A DNA stretch of 64,000 nt from assembly GCA_028717245.1 (NCBI GenBank), contig JAQUOD010000004.1:65508-129507 (forward strand). The letters are read 5' to 3'. Positions 31,194-42,066 of the stretch are shown piece by piece (within the stretch, counting starts at the first letter, position 1; each line of letters opens with the position of its first letter). The position numbers and the translations under genes are program-made. Source of the stretch: Candidatus Omnitrophota bacterium (GTDB lineage: Bacteria > Omnitrophota > Gorgyraeia > Gygaellales > Profunditerraquicolaceae). Below the pieces are notes generated by a model. That model made no database searches and was not told where the DNA came from. It saw only the letters and a program-made list of their open reading frames with translations.

Positions 31194-32351
31194 TTATCCT
31201 AAATTATAAATAACTTGAGCGGCCTCTCTTCTCGCCCATGCATCTGCGTTAAGGATATCTGTTAAACGCGGCGCGGTTATATTGCGGTGCCTGCTGCAAA
31301 TTCTTGCGATAACTTTTGGTATTGAGACAAAATTTATCTTGTGCTTTAAGAATTGCTCCACGCCTACTTCATTGGCCGCATTCAGGACAGCAGGTATCGT
31401 CCCGCCTTCCCTGGCTGCCTTGTAAGCTAACTCTAAACAGGGAAACTTACTGAAATCGGGCCGCTGAAAAGATAAATTTTTAACCGCGCAAAAATCTATA
31501 TTAGTAAGTTTACTGGATAGCCTCTGTGGATAGGTGAGCGCATATTGTATGGGTATACGCATATCCGTAGCGGACAACTGCGCCAGAACCACCCCGTCAA
31601 TAAACTCTACCATAGAATGAACCAGGGCCTGGGGGTGTATCAGGACTTTGATTTTTTCAGGCGCTACGCCGAATAAGTGCATTGCCTCCAATACCTCTAA
31701 ACCCTTATTCATCAGGGTGGCCGAATCAACGGTAATTTTCGGGCCCATCCTCCACCTGGGATGTTTTAAGACCTGTTTTGCCGAGATATCCTTAAAATAT
31801 TTTTTATTTGTCTTTAGCAATGGCCCGCCTGAAGCAGTAAGATAAATATTCTTTAATTTATTTTTATCTTCAAACCTCAAACACTGCCATATCGCAGACT
31901 GCTCGCTGTCTATGGGTATAATTTTCACCTTATGCGCGGATGCCTTGTTCATAATGATAGAACCGGCCATCACCAGCGCCTCTTTATTCGCCAGGGCGAT
32001 ATCTTTACCGTTTTCTATTGCTTTCAATAAAGGTAAAAGCGCCGCTGCGCCGCTAACAGCTAAAACTACTTTATCTATTCTTTTATCCCCGGGCATCTCC
32101 TTAAGGCCTTCTTCTCCTGTAAAAAACCTGATGCCTTTTAAATTTATCCGGGACTTTAATCGCGCAGCTGCCTTTACATCTTTTATGCAGACCAGCTTCG
32201 GTTGAAATAACTTTATCTGCCGATAAAGCGTGTCAATATCGGAATTGGTGCTTAAGGCAATAACCTTAAACTTATCGCTGTGTGCCCTGATTACTTCCAG
32301 GGTGCTCTTACCTATAGAGCCAGTAGAACCCAATACAGCTATGTATTTCAT
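31194..32351 (-). CDS. dxr: 1-deoxy-D-xylulose 5-phosphate reductoisomerase.
   Basis: MKYIAVLGSTGSIGKSTLEVIRAH. Confidence 0.9.
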   Translation of the reverse strand: MKYIAVLGSTGSIGKSTLEVIRAHSDKFKVIALSTNSDIDTLYRQIKLFQPKLVCIKDVKAAARLKSRINLKGIRFFTGEEGLKEMPGDKRIDKVVLAVSGAAALLPLLKAIENGKDIALANKEALVMAGSIIMNKASAHKVKIIPIDSEQSAIWQCLRFEDKNKLKNIYLTASGGPLLKTNKKYFKDISAKQVLKHPRWRMGPKITVDSATLMNKGLEVLEAMHLFGVAPEKIKVLIHPQALVHSMVEFIDGVVLAQLSATDMRIPIQYALTYPQRLSSKLTNIDFCAVKNLSFQRPDFSKFPCLELAYKAAREGGTIPAVLNAANEVGVEQFLKHKINFVSIPKVIARICSRHRNITAPRLTDILNADAWARREAAQVIYNLG

Positions 32352-32385
32352 ACGGCTTACAGCTTATAGCTTACGGCTTACAACT
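32352..32385. repeat. (GTAAGCT / AGCTTAC)-family word repeat at the cdsA-dxr junction.
   Basis: acggcttacagcttatagcttacggcttacaac. Same word family as 47992-48022, 56009-56045 and 63152-63188. Confidence 0.75.
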
Positions 32386-32386
32386 T

Positions 32387-33181
32387 TTATTTCAATATGA
32401 CGCTCATTAAAAAATAAAATGCCGGGACAGTAAAAAGCAGGCTGTCGATAAAGTCTAAAACTCCGCCCATGCCCGGTAAAATACTACCGGCATCTTTTAT
32501 CTGGCAGTCGCGCTTTATAAGGGACTCGGAGAGGTCTCCTAACTGCCCCAGGATACCCAAAAATAAACCCAGGAAGATAAGCTCTAAATTTTTAAGGTGT
32601 AAAAAGGGATTGCTGATCAAAGCCCCTAACACGCTGAAAAATAATCCGCCTACTGCCCCTTCTACGGATTTATTGGGGCTGATCCGCGGGATTAAAGGGG
32701 TCTTACCGAAGCGGCTGCCGATAAAATAAGCGCCGATATCGCCTAACTTTGTAATCAGTATTACTGTCAGGACCAAGCCGATGCCGCCGGCAAGATACCT
32801 GATCTTAATAAAAAAACTCAAGAACCAGGAAACATAAAGTATGCCGAAGATAGTCGTAGAGATAGCCACAACTACCCCGGAATTATCGCGGCGGCGAAAC
32901 TGCATCACTATCAAAAATATCAATGCCGAGACAAGAAAAAAGAGCTCCCAGCTCCTGGTAAGTTCAAAACGTAAGAGTATAGACAGAGGAATGATTGCCC
33001 CCATCCCGATGCCAAAATACTTATAGATGCTTATCCCTTTCTTCTCTAACATAGTGAAAAACTCATAAAGCCCGATAATGATAAAAACACTCACTAAGAG
33101 CCCGAAGAGCCAATCAACAGATATGGCGCAGAAAAACAGGCCAAGGAGCACTATGGAACTGACTATCCTCTTACTTAACAT
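32387..33181 (-). CDS. cdsA: Phosphatidate cytidylyltransferase.
   Basis: Multi-TM CDP-diglyceride synthase signature at the C-terminus. Confidence 0.85.
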   Translation of the reverse strand: MLSKRIVSSIVLLGLFFCAISVDWLFGLLVSVFIIIGLYEFFTMLEKKGISIYKYFGIGMGAIIPLSILLRFELTRSWELFFLVSALIFLIVMQFRRRDNSGVVVAISTTIFGILYVSWFLSFFIKIRYLAGGIGLVLTVILITKLGDIGAYFIGSRFGKTPLIPRISPNKSVEGAVGGLFFSVLGALISNPFLHLKNLELIFLGLFLGILGQLGDLSESLIKRDCQIKDAGSILPGMGGVLDFIDSLLFTVPAFYFLMSVILK

Positions 33182-33892
33182 TTAAACCCTCCCGAACCTT
33201 CTTTCCCTCTTTTGGTATTCGCCGACGGCCTTTTCCAACTCCTGCTTGCCGAAATCAGGCCAATAGATTTTAGGGAAATAAAGTTCTGCGTAAGAAAGCT
33301 GCCAGAGCAAAAAATTACTTATACGCATCTCGCCGCTGGTACGGATTAAAAGATCAGGGTCGGGTAGTCCTGCGGTGTAAAAATAATTGCTGAAGCCCTC
33401 TTCGTCTAAACCCTCTAGGTTAGCATCCCCTCTCATTACCGCCTGCGTAAATTTCCTGACTGCATCAATTATCTCCTGCCTGGAACCGTAATTTAAGGCC
33501 AGGACGGCTGTCAGGCCCGTATTATCCCTGGTCTTCTCCTGGGCCTTCTTAATCTTATTCTGTAGATATTCAGGTACGGGCTTATCCCTGCCGATTACCA
33601 TCAGCCGGACATTATTCCTGTGTAATTCATTAATCCTGCGGGTTAAAAAATTATCCAGGTAGCGCATCAGCAGGCTTACTTCTTTTTGGGGCCTGGACCA
33701 ATTCTCCGCAGAGAAGGTAAAAAAAGTGATTACCTTAATCCCCAATTCGTCTGCTGCCTTAACAATCTCCTCTATCCTTTTTATGCCCGCGCGGTGCCCG
33801 GCTGAACGAGGAAGGCCTTTCTCTTTTGCCCAGCGGCCGTTGCCGTCCATGATTATGGCGACGTGTTTGGGGATATTATTTTTATCTAACAT
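33182..33892 (-). CDS. uppS: Undecaprenyl diphosphate synthase (isoprenyl transferase).
   Basis: HVAIIMDGNGRWAKEKGLPRSAGHRAG. Confidence 0.9.
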   Translation of the reverse strand: MLDKNNIPKHVAIIMDGNGRWAKEKGLPRSAGHRAGIKRIEEIVKAADELGIKVITFFTFSAENWSRPQKEVSLLMRYLDNFLTRRINELHRNNVRLMVIGRDKPVPEYLQNKIKKAQEKTRDNTGLTAVLALNYGSRQEIIDAVRKFTQAVMRGDANLEGLDEEGFSNYFYTAGLPDPDLLIRTSGEMRISNFLLWQLSYAELYFPKIYWPDFGKQELEKAVGEYQKRERRFGRV

Positions 33893-33960
33893 TTACTTTG
33901 TGTCAAAGTATCAATGTGTCAGAGTGTCAAAGAAAAAACTTTGATACCTTGACACTTTGA
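33893..33960. repeat. Junction palindrome (GTGTCAAAG / GTATCAAT)n-A6-(CTTTGATAC)n between the GH57 gene and uppS.
   Basis: gtgtcaaagtatcaatgtgtcagagtgtcaaag aaaaaa ctttgataccttgacactttgatact. Confidence 0.75.
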
Positions 33961-33964
33961 TACT

Positions 33965-35542
33965 CTAGCGGTGCACCCGATAATCTATATCCGGGAATAT
34001 ATTATCCTTGTATTCAATACCAGAGAGCCAGCCTTCGTCAATGCTATTTGAATTTATATCTTCGTAAAGGCGCGTAAATCTTAAGATGTGTTCTTTGGTG
34101 CGGCAGATAGCGTAACTGGTGTGCGTGCCTGTGCCCAGGATAAACGCCCAGTCCGAACTCTGGGCCAGCAGCAACTCCCTTAAGGCCTGGTTCAACGCCC
34201 TCTTTAATATGCCATTGGTATGGGGAAACTTTTTTACCAGTTCTGTCATCCTAAAAGACGCGCTATGCAGGTGAGGGTATATCCAGTCGTTGGTCCCTTG
34301 CAGCCACATTTCGCTATACCCCTTCCAGCCCCAGCTGGATAAAGAAGGCGAAACTACCTGGTTACGCGGGTTCTCGGCTAAATATTCGCTGGGCGTAATC
34401 AGGCGGATATTTTTCTGGTCAAAGCAGATCTTGCGCATGAGAAATTCAAGCCAGAGAGGGCCTTCATACCACCAATGGCCGAACAATTCGGCATCATAAG
34501 GAGAAATAATCAGGGGCTTTTTCTGCATAAAGGCATAAAGATGCTCCGCCTGTTTTTCGCGGTTAAACATAAAATTACCTGCCTGCTCTGCGGCCTTCTC
34601 CCTCGCCCAATGAGGGTTATAAGGTTCCTTATTATCGCTGCCGGTAATACGGTAGTATTTTATGCCTGTGCTAATCCTGACGCCGTCAGGATGGATATAG
34701 GGCTTTATATATTCGTAATCCAGGTCAAAACCAATATCACGGTAGAACTCACGATAAGAGTAATCTCCCGGATACCCCTCGATAGACGACCAGACTTGTT
34801 TAGAAGACTCCAGGTCCCTGCCAAAACAGGCTACACCCGAGCCCCGGCAATAAACAGGAGCGAATACCCCGTATTTAGGCCTAGGCGTTGCGTGCAATAC
34901 GGCGTGGGCATCAGTAAAAAAATAATTTAACCCCGCCTCTTTAAAAATTTCGTCGTGGCCGGGATGATAGCCGCACTCCGGAAGCCATATACCTCTGGGC
35001 CTCCTGCCAAAATGAGCCTGGTAATGGCTGACAGCGACCTTTACCTGCGCCCTTACTGATTCCTTGCAGATATCCATAAGCGGGAAATAACCATGCGTTG
35101 CCCCGCAAGTAATAATTTCAAGCTTCCCTTTATCCTGCAGGTCCTTAAAAGGAATAATCAGGTTCCGTCCGAATCTTTCAAAGGTAGCGCGGGCTTTATA
35201 GAAGTTGTCTAAATACATCTGGGCCAGAGAGTGGAATTCCTGCTGCCAACGCGTGCGTTCTACCTCCTTATGCGCCAACTCAATAAGCCTGTTGATGTGC
35301 CTTAAATATCTCTCTTGCAATAAGGCGTCGGTAAGCATGGAAATCAAAGTCGGGCTCAAAGACATAGTCAGGCGAAAATCAACCTTATCGTTTTCCAGCC
35401 TTTCTAAAGCCAGAATCAAAGGGATATAAGTTTCGGTGATGGCCTCATAGAGCCAGTCTTCCTCCAGGAAGTTCTCGTGTTCCGGGTGGCGCACGTACGG
35501 AAGATGGCTATGCAGGACTAAACACAAATAACCTCTGTGCAT
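33965..35542 (-). CDS. Glycoside hydrolase family 57 (GH57-type 1,4-alpha-glucan branching enzyme).
   Basis: CLVLHSHLPYVRHPE N-terminus, with GH57 length and motifs. Confidence 0.8.
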   Translation of the reverse strand: MHRGYLCLVLHSHLPYVRHPEHENFLEEDWLYEAITETYIPLILALERLENDKVDFRLTMSLSPTLISMLTDALLQERYLRHINRLIELAHKEVERTRWQQEFHSLAQMYLDNFYKARATFERFGRNLIIPFKDLQDKGKLEIITCGATHGYFPLMDICKESVRAQVKVAVSHYQAHFGRRPRGIWLPECGYHPGHDEIFKEAGLNYFFTDAHAVLHATPRPKYGVFAPVYCRGSGVACFGRDLESSKQVWSSIEGYPGDYSYREFYRDIGFDLDYEYIKPYIHPDGVRISTGIKYYRITGSDNKEPYNPHWAREKAAEQAGNFMFNREKQAEHLYAFMQKKPLIISPYDAELFGHWWYEGPLWLEFLMRKICFDQKNIRLITPSEYLAENPRNQVVSPSLSSWGWKGYSEMWLQGTNDWIYPHLHSASFRMTELVKKFPHTNGILKRALNQALRELLLAQSSDWAFILGTGTHTSYAICRTKEHILRFTRLYEDINSNSIDEGWLSGIEYKDNIFPDIDYRVHR

Positions 35543-35571
35543 TTTTAAATTACTAGTTACGAGTTACTGAT

Positions 35572-36324
35572 TTATTTACTAGGAGATTTTTTTATGGGGC
35601 TAGCCAAAGAAGAGACCCCCCCAAGTTGCCTTCTTACCTTTTCTTGCCATCCTTTACCCACGGGAGAACTCCTGCCCAATCCAAAACCCATGCCGTAAAG
35701 CCGCGCGAACATATCTTCGGGGATCATCCACTCTTCATCAGTAATCCAGGATGGGCCCTCAAGAGGCGTAGTTACCGTGTTGGAACGTAGTATGGTGATA
35801 AATCTGCCGTCGGGCAATAATAGCCCCAGGTCCACGCACCAGGACCTGCCGGGGCCTGCCGTATCAATATACCAGTTATTAGCCTGTTCATTTATCTGGA
35901 TGTCAAAAAAACAATGGGCGTTTTTTCCGTTGAATATGATATGGCTTACGTCGTATACGCGCAGGACGCGCCTGGCTTTATAAAAATTATCCTTAAGTTC
36001 GGCTTTAAGCCTCTTGAAAGTCTCTATCCCCGCTTCCCAATAGGCATGAATCCAGCGAGGGTCGCGTACCTGTAGGACCATCCTATCCTGTCCGTATCCA
36101 GAAGGCAGGTCTTGCGGTACTGCGCGCTTGGCCTCGGGGGCTTGCTGCGCAGCAGAAAATTTTGTCTGTTCTATTGCTGTTTCCTGCTGGCCAATAATCT
36201 CTTTTTTCCCTTGCGCAGGAATTTTCTTTAACCTGAGCCGTATGGTTGGCCTTTTGGCTCTTACCGGCTTTCTATTTTTTATTAATTTCTTTTTTGCCTT
36301 ATTTACCTTGCGTAACTTTGCCAT
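35572..36324 (-). CDS. DUF4912-domain protein, commonly found next to GH57 branching enzymes.
   Basis: WIHAYWEAGIETFKRLK region. Good AGGAGG RBS. Basic N-terminus. Confidence 0.55.
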   Translation of the reverse strand: MAKLRKVNKAKKKLIKNRKPVRAKRPTIRLRLKKIPAQGKKEIIGQQETAIEQTKFSAAQQAPEAKRAVPQDLPSGYGQDRMVLQVRDPRWIHAYWEAGIETFKRLKAELKDNFYKARRVLRVYDVSHIIFNGKNAHCFFDIQINEQANNWYIDTAGPGRSWCVDLGLLLPDGRFITILRSNTVTTPLEGPSWITDEEWMIPEDMFARLYGMGFGLGRSSPVGKGWQEKVRRQLGGVSSLASPIKKSPSK

Positions 36325-36442
36325 ATGCGCCTCCTTTTAACCCGAGGGATCCCTCGTTACCGATAAGTATTCGATATTGACTCGGGATAAGTTCGCACTT
36401 ATCCGCCTACGGCGGATGTGCTCACTTAATAAAAAAGGGGAT

Positions 36443-36470
36443 AGCTATCCCCCGGCGAAGAAAAGCCCGC
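36443..36470 (-). terminator. Rho-independent terminator for the 36493..36849 gene: GC hairpin GGGGATAGCTATCCCC followed by a T6 run on the minus strand.
   Basis: ccgggggatagctatcccctttttt on the minus strand. Confidence 0.6.
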
Positions 36471-36492
36471 TCTTTTTATTATCCCGCTTATT

Positions 36493-36849
36493 TCATTTTT
36501 TAGTCTTGGTTGATTTGCCGGTTACCAGTGCTTCTTTTAAATCTTCTTCGAGCCTATCTTTCAGTTTGGTTACTTTTTCTAATTCCTCTTTTAAACCCTG
36601 GTTAGCTAACCGTTCCTTAAGCAATTCGTTCTTGACAGCCTCATGCGCGGCCTTGGTCTCCGTTAGTTCTTTTTTCAACTCACCGGTCTTCTGCTCCGTG
36701 TCCCAACTTGCCGCCTTCTCTTTATCCAGCTCAATTAAAGCCAATTTTAATTTTCCGGTTGTGCCGCAGGAACGGATAGTCCCCATAAAAAATATTACCG
36801 CCAATATCACCAGGATCAAAATCGATCTATTCTTTAAATTCTCCTCCAT
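36493..36849 (-). CDS. Small membrane-anchored coiled-coil protein (hypothetical).
   Basis: N-terminal TM (ILILVILAVIFF) then a K/E/L-rich coiled coil. Chosen over the overlapping plus-strand ORF because of strand context and the terminator. Confidence 0.4.
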   Translation of the reverse strand: MEENLKNRSILILVILAVIFFMGTIRSCGTTGKLKLALIELDKEKAASWDTEQKTGELKKELTETKAAHEAVKNELLKERLANQGLKEELEKVTKLKDRLEEDLKEALVTGKSTKTKK

Positions 36850-36892
36850 TACCTAATGCTCCTTAAAATCTGTTTGAAGAAAAATATAAAGC

Positions 36893-37567
36893 CTATTTAA
36901 GGTTCTCTTTTGTTTCTAAGAGCCCCATGTCTTTTACCTGGCCCTTATCCTCTCTAATAACCTCGGCTTCTTTGGCTTTGGTCAACTGAGGCAGGATTAC
37001 GATTTCTACCCTGCGGTTTGCCTGACGGCCTTCTCTGGTATCATTAGAGGCAACCGGCCGGTATTCGCCATAACCCATTGCCGAGATCCGCTCGGGGACA
37101 ACGCCTTTTTCTTCAACCAGATAATGCAGGACGCTTAACGCGCGGGCAGTAGATAATTCCCAGTTTGATTTCCAGCTTGAAAATCTGATGGGCTGGTTAT
37201 CGGTATGGCCTTCTATCCCCACGTTCAGTTCGGGGACATTTTCATTCAGGACCGTGGCGACTTTATCCAATATAGTATAGGCCTCATTCCTGACCTTGGC
37301 CTTTCCTGAATCAAATAAAACATCTCCTACTACCGTAATCACCAGGCCCTTTTTCATCATCTTTAAGTCCACCTGCTTATCCCCGATTTCCGTACTGAGT
37401 ATGTCTTCCAGCCGGTTCTTAGCGGTAGTTAATTCATCCAGCTGGCGGGATAATTCCTCAATCCTCTGCATGTCCGAACGCCTGCCTGACTGAAAAATAA
37501 AAGTGCAGCCAGCCAAGGCCACGCTCAAGAATACCATCAATAAGGCCTTTAACAATTTTGTCTTCAT
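36893..37567 (-). CDS. OmpA-family peptidoglycan-binding lipoprotein.
   Basis: Lipobox LALAGCTF. C-terminal OmpA_C motif GHTDNQPI...NRRVEIVI. Confidence 0.7.
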   Translation of the reverse strand: MKTKLLKALLMVFLSVALAGCTFIFQSGRRSDMQRIEELSRQLDELTTAKNRLEDILSTEIGDKQVDLKMMKKGLVITVVGDVLFDSGKAKVRNEAYTILDKVATVLNENVPELNVGIEGHTDNQPIRFSSWKSNWELSTARALSVLHYLVEEKGVVPERISAMGYGEYRPVASNDTREGRQANRRVEIVILPQLTKAKEAEVIREDKGQVKDMGLLETKENLK

Positions 37568-37681
37568 TATCTACCTCCTTAGGTTAATCGGCTCTCTTAA
37601 TTTGCTTTTACCGTTTTTTAGGATGGAATTTAACTATAACATAGTCAATAAGTTTAGTCAAGATGTTTTGCAGGGCGCCTT

Positions 37682-39040
<1,359 letters not shown>

Positions 39041-39041
39041 A

Positions 39042-40277
39042 TTACGGGCTCATGGTGAATATTTTACGCGCAATCTCCGGATACTGGGCAATAAATTTTA
39101 ATTCATCATCCACAAGCGGTTTCTGGTTATGCACATTGGCATAACGCACCAGTTCCAGGACCTGCGTTGCCTCCTGGTCATCGCGAAAAACTACTTCCAG
39201 CTTTTCATAGACATTGCGAAAACCCTTTATGCCGGAATATTCTCCGGCGGTAATCTTACGGCCGGTTTCGACGATCTCAGGTTCGCCTCTGCCTAATTCC
39301 TCAAAATCATACAATTCGTAATTACGCCTGTCTTTGAGGGCGCCGTCGGCATGGATACCTGATTCATGGGCAAAGGCATTACTGCCTACGCCGGGCTGGT
39401 TTATGGGTATAGGCACGCCAAAGGCATAAGAGGCGTATTTACAAATCTTCCAGGCCATCTTCAAATCTATCTTTTCATCTAAGGCATAATCCTGCATGCC
39501 GCTGCCGTATTTTATGGCTAAGATTACGGAAACTAAATCCGCATTCCCTGCCCGTTCGCCCATACCGTTAACGCAGGTATTAATGTAGGCATCCAGGCCG
39601 CAGTCAAGGGCTGCTTTTGCCCCGGCAAGGGAATTCGCCACAACCAACCCTAAATCATTATGGCAGTGGATTTCTACAGGAACCCTTGCTTCTTCTGCCA
39701 AAAGTTTTATGCGTTCATAAATCGTAAAGGGCGTATCGCATCCTAACGTATCGCAGTAACGGATCCTATCCACCCCGCTCTCTTTTGCCGCCCGGGCAAA
39801 CTCAATTAGATAATCCATACGGCTGCGCGAGGCATCCTCGGCATTCACGCCTATGGATTCCGCCCCTGACTTACGCGCTTCTTTTACTGCCTCAGCCATC
39901 TCTTTTATTACCGAGGCATGGTCAAGTTTTCCTTTAAATTTATGGGTAATCATCTGATCAGAAGTAGAAATAGATAGGTTCAGATGCTTTAACCCCGGCA
40001 CAAGTTTAAAAGCGGCCTTGGCATCATCTTTGGTCGCCCTAAGCCACCCCCCTAATCTAATAGGAGAAAGTATCCCCTTCTTAGCCAATTCTAAATTAGC
40101 GTTTAAATAATTTGTTTCATGGCGGGTAACCGGAAAGCCAAACTCCGACTGGAATACGCCCATATCACTAAGATAAAGATTAATCATTGTTTTTTCTAAC
40201 TTCGAAAGGCAGATACGGGAGGTCTGCACCCCGTCGCGATTGGTGACGTCAATAATATAAATTTTGGGTTTAGCCAT
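39042..40277 (-). CDS. LeuA/NifV-family DRE-TIM metallolyase (2-isopropylmalate / homocitrate / citramalate synthase-like).
   Basis: IIDVTNRDGVQ N-terminal motif and HxH metal site (EIHCHNDLGL). Confidence 0.6.
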   Translation of the reverse strand: MAKPKIYIIDVTNRDGVQTSRICLSKLEKTMINLYLSDMGVFQSEFGFPVTRHETNYLNANLELAKKGILSPIRLGGWLRATKDDAKAAFKLVPGLKHLNLSISTSDQMITHKFKGKLDHASVIKEMAEAVKEARKSGAESIGVNAEDASRSRMDYLIEFARAAKESGVDRIRYCDTLGCDTPFTIYERIKLLAEEARVPVEIHCHNDLGLVVANSLAGAKAALDCGLDAYINTCVNGMGERAGNADLVSVILAIKYGSGMQDYALDEKIDLKMAWKICKYASYAFGVPIPINQPGVGSNAFAHESGIHADGALKDRRNYELYDFEELGRGEPEIVETGRKITAGEYSGIKGFRNVYEKLEVVFRDDQEATQVLELVRYANVHNQKPLVDDELKFIAQYPEIARKIFTMSP

Positions 40278-40290
40278 CTTTTACCTCGCT

Positions 40291-42057
40291 TTATTTTTTA
40301 CTTTTACCAATAAGCTTCTGGAAATCTTCTTTTTTAGGCACTGTCTTAGAGCCGAATACCTCCTGGTTATCCAAAAGATAAGTCGGCCCGAACATAATCC
40401 CTAATTCCTGATTCAGGCGGATATTTTCTTTTAGGAGCGTTTTACCTTCCGGCCCTTGAGCGCAACTCTTTATTTTCTGCGTATCCGCGCTGTTCTCCAG
40501 GCAATCCTGCCACCAGGAGCTGCTAGGATTCTTAGAACGGCAACTGATATAATCCCAAAACCCTTGAGGGTAATATTTTTGCACGCATACGCTACGCAAG
40601 GCCTCCTCAACTTCAGGGGCTCCTTTGGAGGCATCAAAATTATCTTTCTGCTCCACCACCAGAAAATGTATTGCCGGGCTAAAATCTTTTACTACCGCTA
40701 ATAGCTGGGGGGCATCTTTATCATACAAACTTAAAAAGAAGTCTAATTTACCTTTTAACTTTTCCCTCTTTAAAAAATAGGAGACGCCGCCGAAGTGGGG
40801 CTTGAGCAGATAAAAATCGCTTTTCATTTCCAGATTTTCTCTCAAATTATCAAAACCTTTTTCCTGTCTTACCTCTTTACCCAAAAGATAAACCGGCAAA
40901 GAATTAATTCCAAAATCTTTAATCAGTTTGGCAGCTTTGGCGCCGGGATAATACAAATAAGAAACAGACAGCCCCGGGAATAAGGCCTTTAAATTTTTAA
41001 TTACCCCCTCAGTATCGCATACCCTGCATTGCTTAGGTATAATCACCGAAAGGGGAATCTTTGATACCTCGGAGAACTGACAGTAAGACTTAAGCGTCCC
41101 GGCGGCCTGGCATATGCCTATGCGGGAAGCCTGCCTGCAATTATTATCCGAAAAACAATGGGGCAGGATAGAAAGTATCTGCGGGTCATCGCTTATCTTG
41201 TCTGAAAGGCGCAGCTCTTCTACTTTATGGCCCGTAATTTTGTTTTCCTTAAGCGTAAGCGTTAATTTTCCCAGCCTGCGGCCCTGCCAGGAAGGCCTCA
41301 GGAGTAAAGTGCGGCCTATTTTAGTGGAAGGCTCTTCTTTGGCGCGGTTATGGCCCACAATAAGTATATCTATGCCGATAGTATCCTTGAGCAAATTTAA
41401 ATCTTCGGCCTCGCCCTGGTGGCTTAAGAGTATAATAATATCCGCGTTATTTTTCTGCAAATCCGCTACTGCCTCTTTCACCGCCGCTTTGGGCTCCGTA
41501 AAATCTAACCCTCCTGCCTTCTGCCTGGCAGTAAGGCCGGTTACCCCGATTATCCCGACTTTTACGCCGGCGAACTCTTTGATCAGATAAGGCCTGAATA
41601 GTGTTTCTTTTGCTCCGGAAGTAGTAGAGGTAGAGATATTACAGGAGACTAAAGGTAACTTGTCCCTGCCGGCGCTTTCTTCTAAAAACTCCCGGCCGAA
41701 ATTAAACTCATCATCCCCCACCGCTAAGGCATCGTATTTCATCATCTCCATGCTTTTTAGGTTCACCAATGCCCGCTGCATATCCAGCGGCACATTCTGG
41801 GTATATTCATCCATGAGGCCGCCGGCAATAAATCCGCCTGAATCCAAAAGCAGGGTATTAGGGTTATCTTTTCTTAACTTTTTAATCAATGCGGCCCTGC
41901 GGGCAATGCCCCCGTCAGGCTCTTTAGGACAGTTGCAGGGATAAAGCATAGAATGCGTCTCGCCGGTATAAAGGAGAGTGATTTCTTTGGCATAAGCAAA
42001 ATTAAATATATTGGCCAACAACCAATAACCAACAACCAATAACTCCAATCTCTTCAT
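40291..42057 (-). CDS. Secreted metallophosphoesterase / 5'-nucleotidase-family protein with a C-terminal Cys-rich thioredoxin-like region.
   Basis: Signal peptide. ITLLYTGETHSML resembles the 5'-nucleotidase N-terminal metallophosphatase motif. Confidence 0.45.
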   Translation of the reverse strand: MKRLELLVVGYWLLANIFNFAYAKEITLLYTGETHSMLYPCNCPKEPDGGIARRAALIKKLRKDNPNTLLLDSGGFIAGGLMDEYTQNVPLDMQRALVNLKSMEMMKYDALAVGDDEFNFGREFLEESAGRDKLPLVSCNISTSTTSGAKETLFRPYLIKEFAGVKVGIIGVTGLTARQKAGGLDFTEPKAAVKEAVADLQKNNADIIILLSHQGEAEDLNLLKDTIGIDILIVGHNRAKEEPSTKIGRTLLLRPSWQGRRLGKLTLTLKENKITGHKVEELRLSDKISDDPQILSILPHCFSDNNCRQASRIGICQAAGTLKSYCQFSEVSKIPLSVIIPKQCRVCDTEGVIKNLKALFPGLSVSYLYYPGAKAAKLIKDFGINSLPVYLLGKEVRQEKGFDNLRENLEMKSDFYLLKPHFGGVSYFLKREKLKGKLDFFLSLYDKDAPQLLAVVKDFSPAIHFLVVEQKDNFDASKGAPEVEEALRSVCVQKYYPQGFWDYISCRSKNPSSSWWQDCLENSADTQKIKSCAQGPEGKTLLKENIRLNQELGIMFGPTYLLDNQEVFGSKTVPKKEDFQKLIGKSKK

Positions 42058-42066
42058 ATTTTTCCT

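Noticed and set aside
36377-36856. Plus-strand 159-aa ORF overlapping the small coiled-coil gene.
   Set aside because: The opposite-strand ORF has a TM-plus-coiled-coil architecture, a good intrinsic terminator on the minus strand, and matches the all-minus context. The plus-strand translation is low complexity.
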